Assembly: GCA_043228905.1 (NCBI GenBank) | Contig: JBHGNT010000004.1 | Location: 2,108,001-2,172,000 of the forward strand | DNA from: Azolla caroliniana | Taxonomy: Eukaryota > Plantae > Polypodiophyta | DNA: 64,000 nucleotides | Direction: 5' to 3' | In this document: piece after piece, positions 40,571 to 53,400 of the stretch | Layout: each line of letters starts with the position of its first letter | How positions within the stretch are numbered: position 1 is the first letter of the stretch | Program-made: the position numbers and the translations under genes | The notes under the pieces: model-generated | Seen by the model: only the letters and a program-made list of their open reading frames with translations | The model's database searches: none | What the model was told of the DNA's origin: nothing

Positions 40571-41540
40571 ACTTGCCTTTGTGTGTACCTTAAAATAACA
40601 TTTGGTTGCTTTTAATTTTGATTCTAATAAATCCAGTCAAAAGCATCAAAAAGTTGCTAAACATGTTGTTTTCTTACCATTCTAAGACAGCCCAAAGCGT
40701 GTAAATGTGTTTCACCCACTAGTGATTCAATGCATGGGTTTGTAGGTATAACTGTGATATATAAGAGTGGATTCAAATCTACATGTTGAGGAAGCTTATA
40801 ATGACTGTATGCTAGTGTATGAGTAAGATATATTCTTTATCATACTTATTTAAAAGAAGATAATAGCTAATCATAATGGGAACATCTCTACTCATGAGAC
40901 AGTAACAGAAGATAAAAGTGGGCAATTACAAGGGAAAGGACAGTGTCATTCTAAGTGCTTGATCTCGACAGACAATTGTATTGTCATTGGTTCAACACTA
41001 ACTTTTTAAACTCGAAGAGTTTTAATAAACCCTTATCGCTCTTGTAAAAATGTTAATAACAAAAAGCATGTAATCTTTTTAAGGGCAAATAGATATTAAA
41101 ATATCATTAGTATTTTTTGTTACTATTTACCAACTTGTTGAAGTGAAATTGATGGACCTTTTATTCATGCTTAAGTTGGTTACATAATTCAGACTTCAAT
41201 AATTTTGAAAATGTGCTGGTGGGTTTCACCATGCAGAAATCTCACTAGGTTTCTTCCCAAAGTTAATAGTCGTCTATGGTTTTCAAGCTATAAAAATTAT
41301 AATATCTCATTCCATACTTTTATCCAATTATCTCCAGAATTATTTTGACTTCTTCGACAATGAAGGGTGGATGTGCCAGCTAGTCTTAGACCTCCCCTTA
41401 AACTATACATGTGACCCTGATTGAATACAGATTTTAATATGGTGGTTTAGTATGAAGTGACCTTTTTCAAACAATGGTATTTGAGGGAATAAAGAGGAAC
41501 TCTAGTGTATTGTTGAGTTTCTTGTGTTGATTTTATGATG

Positions 41541-42034
41541 GCTGTCAATAACATTTCAATGCCCCACATCATAAATTGATATGCAATTGTAAAGGAAACT
41601 CTTTATGTTATCAGTTTTAATCTGCACTACATGCTTTCCAAGCTCTTCATATTTATGCACATCAGCAAAGAGGAAAGTCCGGTTTCTACATGTATACCCC
41701 TATACATGTATGGAAATCAAGAAGTTGCAAATCAACATCATTTGATTTGAATGAGTGTTTCATACGTTCAAAGTAATATATATTCGCTGTCAACTACATT
41801 TCAATGCCCCATTCACATCATAAATTGATATGCAATTCTAAAGGAAACTCTTTATGTTATCAGTTTTAATCTGCACTACATGGTTTCCAAGCTCTTCATG
41901 ATTTATGCACATCAGAAAAGAGGAAAGTCTGGTTTCTACATGTGTACCCTTATACATGTATGGAAATCAAGAAGTTGCAAATCAACATCATTTGATTTGA
42001 ACGAGTGTTTCATACGTTCAAAGTAATATATATT
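41541..42034. repeat. ~245-bp tandem duplication
   Basis: GCTGTCAA..ACATTTCAATGCCCC...AAAGTAATATATATT starts at 41541 and 41786. Confidence 0.9.
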
Positions 42035-43099
42035 TCTTGAAAATGAAGAATTCTACATGTTTAGCTAGCTTCAGATAATTTTTTCCAATGGCAGGTCCTC
42101 TCTCTTGAGTGGCCCTACCTCACAAGACATTGGTAAAACATGATTGTAAGAAATTACATTCATAAACATAACAAAGATTATTGGAATGCCAAGAACATTT
42201 ATTAAATGTATGCTTTCATGGATAAACTTGGAAGATATGATTACAAGAAGTAACTTTCATAAATATAAATGAAATTACGTTCATGATTGGAATGTCAAGA
42301 AGATTAATAGAAAGTAAAGCTATCCTGGACAAGTATGCATATTGACACATGCTAACAAAAGAGCTAGATATTATATAATGGTGTATCTTGCCAACATAAT
42401 CAGGATAAAATAAAAATAATTAATGGTACCTATGCTAACAAAATAATTAATGGTACATATACATATAAAATATTCCCAACATAAAAACAATCAAATAAAA
42501 AGAAGAAACAGCATCACAATCTAGAGGCAAGGTCTCACATATCAAGGTGTCAGAATTACCTAGTACTCAAGTAAGCACTTTTGGTAATATATCCTAATTA
42601 TTTCTCTTCATTCAGTCACTATTATGCATTCCATATCTGTTGATTATGTGCAATGTACAAAAACTGCTATGGCAGAATTTTCATTCTTTGTATCAACTGG
42701 AAGTTTGGGAGGAATGCTTCTGTGTAGCACCATTGATCTAGTAACAGTTCATGCAGCTTCAAAGCTTGGAGAATTCGATTCAACAAAATTTTCATAGATC
42801 CATCAAACATAAACGTAAATTAACTCCCATGAGTTTAGCAACGTCCATCCCAATAATAGCAACACCCGGGGGTTTAGTAATGTCCATGCCAGTAATCACA
42901 ACTCCCAAGGGTATGATGACCATCAAAGTGGGCAATGTGGCAACTTACAACAATAATAGATCATTAACAAAGTAAATGGGGTGTGAGGTCATTTTGCAAG
43001 CAAAACCGCCAAGATGATTTAAAATGATATTCCTGCCTTTTAGAACCACCAAATGGTAACAAAACTACATGCTATCAAGTTGTATGAACAAGTGTGAAC

Positions 43100-44480
43100 T
43101 AGAGCACATGAAATGAATGAGTTATTAATGACCTTACGGTAAATGTTTTTGAGTGGTACCATGAACTTATGTATACCGATGTGCATGAAAAGGGTAAATG
43201 TACAAACTTTGTGCTAAATGTTTTTGAGTGGTATTATGAACGTGTACCAATGCCCATAAAAAGAGTAAATGCACAAAGTTGTGCTAAATGCTTTTGAGTT
43301 GCACAATGCCTTACTGCACGTGCACACCCCAGTGCATGAAAGGAATGAAGTTATGCATGGCTTTGTGCTATTGATTTATATCATGAATAGGTTTGTACCA
43401 AAGTCAAGCTTATGTCAAATTCTCTACTTGTATGTAGCGAGCCATAGGGTATTAATGCAGTAAGTTGTGCATGGCTTTGTGCTAAATGCTTTTGATTTGT
43501 ATCATGAACCAGTGTGCACTGGTATAATTCCACATGAAAAGAGTGCACTTAATGTATAAACTTGTGCTAAATGAATATGATTTTGAGGTGTATCATAAAC
43601 TAGTGTAACAAATTAAATAAGGAGGGAACTTATGTATGAGCTTGTATATCATGTACTAGTTTGCACATATGTGCATGGAAGGAGTGATATGCATAACTGT
43701 CCTAAATATTTTTGATTTGTGTCATGAACTAGTGTACCAAAAAGCATGCGTCTGAAGGAAAAATGAGTCCTTGTATTTCCGTCCGCCACCAATTTGGACA
43801 CCACCTCCTATCCACTCATCACGTTGAAGCCATGTATCTCGTGCAAAATCCAAAATTCCCAATACCTGTTATTGTAAAAATGATACATTTTTTGTTTTTT
43901 AAATCGAGAAGGAACCAATTTAGAAGTAAACATACTCTATGGGAAAACAGTAAGACTGATACGAACTTGAATGATCTGAGAAATGTAAATAAAAATGGTC
44001 CCTTACACTTTCATGATCACCTCCAAGATAATAGATTTGCAAAAACAGTATCTTTGCCTCTAACATGATGAAAAGAGCAAATGTACAACGTAGTGCTAAT
44101 TACTTTTTCAGTTGTATGATATCATGACCTAGGGTGTACCCTAGTGCATGGATGGAATCAAGTTATGCATAGTTTTGTGTCTTTGATTTGTATCATGAAT
44201 TTAGTCTGTACCAATGTGCCAACACATAAAAGGAGCTAACGAACATATAAACTTATGCCAAATGTTCTATTTGTATCTACTGTACCATAATGCATGGAAG
44301 GAGTAAGTTATGCATTGCTTTGTGCTAAATGCTTTTGATTTGTATCGTGAACCAGTTTGCACCAGTATGACACATGAAAACACTGAACACAATGTATAAA
44401 AAGCTCAGGATTTTAATGTATATCATGAACTAGTTTGTACCAAATTGCATGAATGGACATAAGTTATGTATGGGTTCGAA
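43100..44480. repeat. Degenerate ~70-bp repeat array flanking and overlapping the ARP9 last exon
   Basis: GCTTTGTGCTAAATGCTTTTGATTTGTATCATGAACCAGT-like units at ~43209, 43278, 43474, 43562, 43698, 44092, 44173 and 44317. Confidence 0.8.
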
Positions 44481-47400
44481 TCAAAAGTATTTACCACAAA
44501 TATACACAACTTCACTCCTTCCATGCACCTTTGTGCATACTACTACATGATAAGAACCCAATCTTAAAGTAAGATACCCTAAAGGAAAAATAAAACTGAT
44601 TTTGGGCTTCAATGCACTGAGAAATGTAAATCAAAGTGGTCTCTTACCGCACCACCTTTCCATGCAACTGTACTTGTCTCCATTCGAGGTGGTAAAACCT
44701 GTCATCAAAAAAGAAAATAGAAATCCTCTCAATCCAAGGACCTTTAGATTAACCATTTCCTACTATCTATAGGAGGCATAGTTTTCACAACTCTATCTAG
44801 AAATTTTCCAAAGGTTGGTTTCAGAATTCCTAGATGACTAAGAAGGTCATGTATTCAGAGAAGATGCAGGCAGGCAGGTAGATTACAATGCTCATTTGAT
44901 CCATGGACAAAGTTATGCCACAAAGCCACAAGAAGCGCAGAGAAAGATGTGGAAAAAGACAGCATGAAGGCCCTTGAGAGAATCATATTGAAGAAATAAA
45001 GAAAGATATATCAACATTTTTTAAGAGGCCAAAATGGCCTATAAGACCAAACAAGAGATTACATCTTAAGTGTTGTCTCATCTTTGAGAACAAGAAATCA
45101 AAATAAAATAAATATTACTAAGTAAATATAAAAATAAATAAGATAAAAAGAGACTAAAGAATCTAGTTTTCAGCACATGTGAGATTCTCAAGTTAAATAT
45201 CTTAATACTTCTGGTTTTGAAATATCTCTAGCATATGACAATACAGAATGGAGAGGTCTTCGAAGCGAGGGAAACAGCTAGGACGGCAGGAGATAATGGC
45301 CTTTATCTGTTGATGACAAGGGTGCTGAGGTTGTGGTCCGTGGGGCCGGGGCCTACCTGCACGACAAATTGCTATTGCCCGATCTATTGTGACCCCGTTG
45401 TTAGGTCTTGGTTGGGAGCCCATTTGTGTATCCCTTGATTTACTTGTAGCATTTGTAGGAGTGATGGAACTAAAGAAAGTTGTGATTGTTCTTTGTGGAT
45501 GAACTTGTGTGGCTGTACTACTGTCCTTCAACGAATTTCCCTATGTTCTTGAGTTCAAACATGAAAAGCCCTAGGTATCTCCCTTTTATTTCATAAAAGA
45601 CAGTACAGTGACAAACATAGTGTTCTTCGGATTCCATTCCTTGATGACACAATTGGCAAATTCTTTCTTCTAGAGGTATTCGTGTAAATACCTCTATCTC
45701 TAACTGATGGGATGAAGTTTGTGGCTGTCTTATCACATTGTGCAACACATAGGTGGCCTGATGATGAATCCATCCTCTGATGCGTGTAAAACATGTCTTA
45801 TAGTGGGCCATCTTCATACCAAGTGATATCGTGGGGCTGATCCATGTTATCTTGTTTTCCAAGTTGATAATATCAACTCAACTCTTTTCCACTTTGGTCA
45901 TGTTTAGATGGGGGCAGTCCAAGCTATATTGGAACTGGGGCAGTGCATTTATGCTTATGCCATGTGACTCGAACCATTGGCCCAGTAAGTTTGGGAAAAG
46001 TCGAAAGATTAGGAAAGCGGCACGTACAAGGGGTAGTGACTGCTTATTAAAACACCAGGACTCTGCTAAGTGGTAACACAATGTATAGGTTTTAATAGTG
46101 CATACATTCTCCATCCATTCCAACCAAAAAATTACAACATTCCTCTAGGGATTGAATATTTTTAGTCGTTGTCAAAGAGGTAAAAGGTTTCTTTATGATA
46201 GGCATGGACTAGCGAATTGTTTGCATCAATCGTTCTTTATGAGTGTTACCACGAGCCAAAATGATAAGAAGAGTTATGCATAATGGAATTCGTGATGTGT
46301 CACGATTCAAAATCATATAATGCTCTACCTTGCAGATGTGCCAAATTTTCATATTCAATTCCATGTTATTACTGTTTTATCCTCACACATTTTCATGTTT
46401 ACGATTTTTAACCAACTGATTATCTCCCTTTTTTACGTGAAAAGCGAGATTTTCTAATTCAACCCATTGTTCTCCTTTATATTCTTAATCTTTTACGTGA
46501 GACGAATGCTATTAAATCTTTTATGGGATATGGCTCTTTATTGATGTGTTAAAAGTTCTGTATTACATGCCTGCTTGATATGATAATCTGCGAGAATGAT
46601 TTAAACTTGAAAGAGTAGTTTCATCTCAAAAAAACTATGACCAGACACAAATATGTCCAACTTTATTTTGCTGAGATAATAAGATGTTACCTCAACGGTA
46701 TCGATCGATTCATGCATAGGAATAGTGTGCAAGACTCTGCATTAACACACACACAAATAAGAAGAAACTTCATCAAGAATATATGTACCTAACAAATTGA
46801 CAAGGATTGAATTTTCCCTCCACATTGCAGTGCAGGTAGTACCTTTCCTCGAGTGTATCAATAAGACCAGGTATTGAAGCACTGCCCCCTGCCTATTAAA
46901 AATAATAACCACATGTTTTCTTACTGATGCTGTCTAAGAAATGTGTACAATGAGGTACTAACAAGGCCATTAAGCTTAAAAAAAACAAATTCAGTATTCA
47001 ATTTGACTACCAACTGTATGCTTGAGAAAAGCTTCTTCTGGAGGTCCATGCGACCTGAATAAGAACACTTGAGTTACTAGCACATTTAGACAAAAGAACA
47101 TAACTATATACAAAAACAGACAAAAGAACAGCATTATATTATCTCCTAACTCATGCCTGATGAAAGAATACTCTTCACAATAGCTTCAGCAAGACCCATC
47201 ATTTTGTCTTCATTTTTAACACGTGATTGACGAATGGATGCATATATTGAATGTTCAGGGTATTCAAAAACAGAGCTATGAGTTCCAAATGGCAATCCAG
47301 TATCATAAATATCGGATCTCCGTATTGTGTCCATATGTAGGGCATCATCAAGCATTATCTCCTCAGAATCTGTGTGATACCTGAATAAATCCAAAAAGCC

Positions 47401-50400
47401 ATACGCTTTATTATGATTGATAGTAGATGCCTGAAAACTACCAAAAAGGGGTATATAGAATATTTCGATACATACATATACATACATAGATACATACATA
47501 TGTATGTACATAGAATATTTCGATACATACATATACATACATAGATACATACATATGTATGTACATATATGCCAATATAAAGGCTCACAAAGAAGTAATT
47601 ATAAAAGTGCAAGTCGCTTACCATGGCCTAGTTAAAGGTACATATTCATCTGGAGCCAACATGGCAGGAAAAAATAACCCCATTGGAGGAACCTGAATTG
47701 AACCATAAATTGAGATATAAGTACTCCAAAGAGTAATTCATTACAACCTCCTGTCTAAAGGTTGAATTTGTTTTTCTTAACCTTATGCATTTATACCACA
47801 AATGCTAGTTTTTCGATTTCATCTTTTTTGTGGTTATTGTCCTAGAGTAATAAAAAAAATGGGATACAATTTATTAGAAAAATGAGAAATGGGAATAATT
47901 TGGGGAGGAGCAATGGATCTCTGTTCAAACAGTGTTTGATCAAGAAGAGTCACATCTTGGAAAAGAAAAAACATCGTGTTTCCATATGAATTCTAAATCT
48001 AGCAACATTCTAGGATCACACCGTCAAGCCCTTTCAACTTTTTGATCATGGTATATGTTTTGATGAGCACAACATACAGATCTAGAAAGTAACCTTTTCG
48101 TCAAGAAGTGCACAAGTTAATGATATTCCTTAAAAGGAATCTCTTTTTTATACAGTTGTTCCAATTATTAACATGAAACATAATAATTTCAGTCTTGGAT
48201 TCTTTCACAAATCCATAGATAATGAAAACAACCACAGGAAAATGAAAGATGAAATTGAATCTGCTAAAAGAATATACAAATCTACCTTCTAGCTATATTT
48301 TTAACAGATCCTTGAAACTCATATAAAAACCAGTTAGATAAAAGCAAACGTTTTCCTAACACAGTTCAGAAAACAACACGAAGCATGAAACCTAGGAAAT
48401 TGCATACATTTAACTCCGATAGCACCACTCTGTATTTCTGGCTTTCATTTCCATAGCAATGAAATTGCAATTCAACACAAGCACGACAATCTCCTTCCTG
48501 TACAGTGTCAGCCCATTCCCAGATTTTTATTTAAAACATAGGTGCTTCATGATGGTGTTCTAGATGACTAAATGAGATAAAAACACACAAAGAAAACTTA
48601 CTTGGATACGGCAGTTCTTCTCCTTTACTTTATTCAGAAGCAAAAGGTCAACAGGGTTTGTTAATGGATCACAATCCATGGCCGGCCATGTCTTGAGTAG
48701 CCGTTGCAACCACAGTAAACATCTTGAGATATCCTAAAAAAATACTTATCTCTCATTGACAATGTATATATATAAATGAAAGTGCGCTCGTTATAATTGT
48801 ATCTTTTGTATTTACATATTATGCTTCGGCATAACTTATCTTATAATGAATTTGTATTATACAGTGTTGAGAATGCTGTGTCTGATGATGTATATACATC
48901 ATTTTGTCTAAACTCAACATGATGTCTCATAAATCACCGATAGAAAGGCATAACTTAATATGGCAGCACCATAAATAATGAACATTGTATTATGATGTAG
49001 CAATGTTCAAGTCAATGAATCCATGCACATGTCCAATAATGCGTGTAATATTAGATTTACAATTTGTCAATGTAGCATTTATTCAGTAAAACATAATTAT
49101 ACGATATAATCCTCTTAAATATATATAAATGATATGCGATAGAACTTATAATAGATATATAATTTAGCTAGTGTAAACTGATAAACTATTGTCTTTGAAC
49201 TACATACATCTCCTCCAAATGGAAGAACTATCCTCGTTATTGGAAGTGCAACACCATCCTGTACGTAGACAAATTACGAAATCAAATAATTATAAACTGT
49301 CTGATTACTTTGACAAATTAATGCTTTTTTTTTATAAAGAGGCACATTCTTACAATTCTTTTCCAGTTATCTTGAAGTGTAATAGATCAAAACATAATAC
49401 CCTACCTCTACACATATAATAACAGTTACTTGGGCACCAATGTTCACAACACAGCCCGATGATACTCCAGTTCCAAAAGTAACAGATACACTTTCCTGAA
49501 ATTGATGGTATCAGTAAAATCAAATGTATGGTCAAATTCAAGACCAGAAAAACACAATTTTTTGTCAACAGTAAATCTCAGCAAGTCCTAAACATAAAAG
49601 ATGTGCAAATTTCGATCATCAAACAGACATAATCAGAAGACTGTATTGAGTATCCGAGGAAAATTTCATTTTCATTACTTGAATATGATCGCAGCTTCAG
49701 ATTGCTAATTTTTTCTCAAGTTAACTCAGCATCAATTGTATTTGTCCAAATTCTGATGACAATACAAAAGTAATATATAACAAGTGCAATCCTAGATCTT
49801 ACATCAAGATGCTAAGGTGTATCATGGGTGTCATGTAAAATATAATCAATGATCAACCCCAAGTTGTCAATTTATCCCCACTTGTATTCTTAGAATGAAC
49901 ATTTTGTGATAGCACCCCAAATAAGGAGCAACTATTGAGCAACCCAACCATATGGATTGATGAGGTGTCAACATAGAAACCGTAGATGAGTAGAATATAA
50001 CATATTTATGAAAGGAAGTAAGGTAATAGGATTGACTAGTCAGGTCAACTAGAAGAATATTCTCTGTTGGCAAGTTAAGATGTACTTAGTCTTGAAGTAT
50101 GTGCCATTGACTTTAAGATAAGTGCTATCTAGCATTAGATTGTATCTAGGGAGCTGGGTCATATTAAGTGACAAGTCTGCTGACAGAAAAGGAACATCCC
50201 CACTACAACTGACTTGCACATTTAATGTGACATTGAAACCAAACGAGAAGACAAATATCCCCTATCTTTCTTTTACATCGTGGCTGTGAATATCATCTGT
50301 GTCCACTAACTCTGTAGTCGACTAATCCATATCCCATCTAAGCTCTAAGGTATGGGTGCATGGGAGGACCACCATTGTGAGCTACTCTCATATGTAATAG

Positions 50401-53400
50401 AAAGTTTGTTTTCACATTTACATCTCTGTGAATGTAACTCTATATGCCTATCTAGCTGATTCTTAATATTTCTAACTTGTACCATCAATGTAGTGTAAAA
50501 AATACAAATGGGACTTATCTACCTCATGTGAAGAATTTATAAAGTTCCTATATCGTGCAAGAAATGGGAACTACTACTGAAAAGCCATTATGTTCTGTAA
50601 ATTTTCCTTCATATCAGGTTTGAACTGGCCCACTGATTGAGATTCATCAAACTAAACGTTGACAATACTGCAATGATATATCTTTCAATTTCCTTTACAT
50701 TGTTCCAGACTGTTTGAGAATCTAATTAGGATTCAACCATTTTCTTTGTTTCAAAGACATTTTTCACAGGACATCGAATTAGAAGTGACCATTTATGTCA
50801 AGATTTGCAGGAAACCTACCTGATGAAGAACTGCACAACCAAAATGAAGATCTCGTAGGATGATAGTAAGAAGTTCCTTTGTCTCTATAATATCAAAGAA
50901 AAAGAAAAGGAACAACTCCGTGAACACTTGAGAAATGTAGACATCATAAGCTTCTCATTGGCAGTTCTTCTTATAATTAAATATCTCATCAGGAATTTTT
51001 TGGCCAACAATTTACTTAGGAAGCATACCTCTGCTATCAAATGTATCAGGAACTACCAAAACAGCTGAAAATTGTTGCCTTTGTTTGGTATTCAAACCCA
51101 ATTTGGTTGATAGAACCCAGTCCCAAATTATACAGATATCATCACATACCTGTCATATGATTCAGTTGGCAAGGCGTCAGCAAAGTGTTCTTATACTACA
51201 TAGCACATATGCATGCATATAGAGGAGCATTTTCCTGCCCTCTTCTTTGAAAAGTTTACTCTGAATACAAAACGAATCAGTGACCTAATGCCAACTAGTC
51301 ATTTCATTGTAATCATTGTTTTATGGGTTTTCACCTCCTTTTGAGGCTTCACCACCAGTAATATCATAAATTAAAAAAACATATACAAAACTACACTCAG
51401 GTAGAAAAACTTAACTGCTATTTTACACAGATGAGTACCTGCTGGAATGAGTACTGTTCTGATGCATTGAAACGGCCACGACAAATAGGCCGACGTAGCA
51501 TATAGGGCTTTCTTGCAGGAATTTTTAGAGCATCTTCTCCACAAATGAATTTGCGAATTGTTTGACAACCTTCTCCTCCGTCTACAACTGTGTTCACAGA
51601 AAAAATCATAAGGAAGTCTTCATGAGCTGTGTATCCTCATCTATTATAAAATAATGTTATTTACCTCCTTCCAACTTCACTTCTGCCCATGTGAAATATT
51701 CATCTGTAGCGTCAGAATTGAGGCTTTCCAAAGCATCTAACTGTGTGCCATAAAAAGAGGAAGAGAGAGGAGGAAGGCTTGAGAAAACGTTCAATTAGAT
51801 GATTTTTTGTTACATGTACTTTTTCCTGGCAAAACCTCTGCATATATTAAATAACAAAGACCGTGAGATCCAATTCACGAAGCATAGTGTGACACTAGTG
51901 TAAAAGAAGGAAAGAAAGATATATTAACATCTTTTAAGAGGCCAAAATGGCCTATAAGACCAAATAAGAGATTAAATCTTAAAATGTTGTCTCATCTTTG
52001 AGAACAGCAAACCAAAATAAATGTAACTAAGTAAAAAAGTAAATAGAATTAGAATTAAGACGTGCCTCAGGAATATCACCATCTATACATGTAAGATTCT
52101 CAAGTCAGAAATATTGTAATTTTTGTCGTTGAAAGATCTCTAGCATAGATTGATCCAGAAAGGAGAGGTCTCCGAAGTGAGGGAAGCACCAGCGATGACG
52201 GGAGATAAAGGAGAGGTCTCCAGATTCTAATTGATCATGTTACCCATTCTTGTGTGGTGATAAACACCATCATTTGAGTTTTATCTATATTTACAGACAA
52301 ACCTTTTGTCTGTAAAAATACTTGGTATTGGTAGTCCTTCCAGAGTGTAAGATATCAGCAAATTATCATCAGCATATAGTAATATTGGTATGGCTATACC
52401 TGCTAGGAATGCTACCGAATTGCCAAACTCTCTATGCAATGTGACACCTCATCTATATAGAGAACGAAGAGAGTTGGTGGTCGTGGTGAGCATCCTTATT
52501 TTACTCAATTGAGAAAGAAAGAAATATATATAGGCAGGTAGATATATATATAAATGTATTTTAAGAGACTAGACAAATGATTACACAATAAAATGTACAG
52601 AAATGTAGATAATAAAAGGAACCTTGATAACAACAGAACGAAAGAAAGAAATATTAAAGTCTTCTAAGAGGCCAAACACGAGTTTGCATCTTAAAATGTT
52701 GTCTTGTCTTTAAGAACAGCCCCTAAACAATATAACTATGTAAAAATGTAAAAATGTAAATAAAAATAGAAGTTACAAAAGATTCTCATTATCTATACAT
52801 GTAAGATTCCCAATTCAGATAGATGGTAACTTTTATCTTGGAAAGGTCTCGAGCATAGATCAATCCAGAATGGAGAGATCTCCAAAGAGAGGGAAATACC
52901 TGCAATGGCGGAGATAATGGCCTCTATATGTTGATGACAAGGATGGTGAGATCATGGTCCACAATGTTGAGGTCTACGTGCATGACAAATGGCTATTGCC
53001 TAATCAATGGTAACAACTTCCAAATTTCTTGGTCAGGAGCCCACTTGTGTAGCCCTTGATTGACTTGTAGCATGAGTAAGTGTGATGGGGCTAAAATAAT
53101 TTATTATTGTTCTTTGTCAATGAGTTTTTGTGGTTATATTGTTGTCCTTCAACTTCAAACACTTCTCTTTGTTTCTTAAGTTATGGAAAGAAGAACCCCA
53201 AGCACTGTTGGTCCTCACATTCCATTACCTTGTGTGTTGGACCAAACCCTTGGTTAAAGAAGCATTGGTATCTCCACCTTATTTCATAAAAAACTGTACA
53301 ATGGCAAACATAGTGTTCTTCAAATTCCATTCCTTGAAGACAAATTTGGAAAATTCTTTCTTCCAAAGGTGTGTGCATATCTGCCTACCTTAATCTCTAA

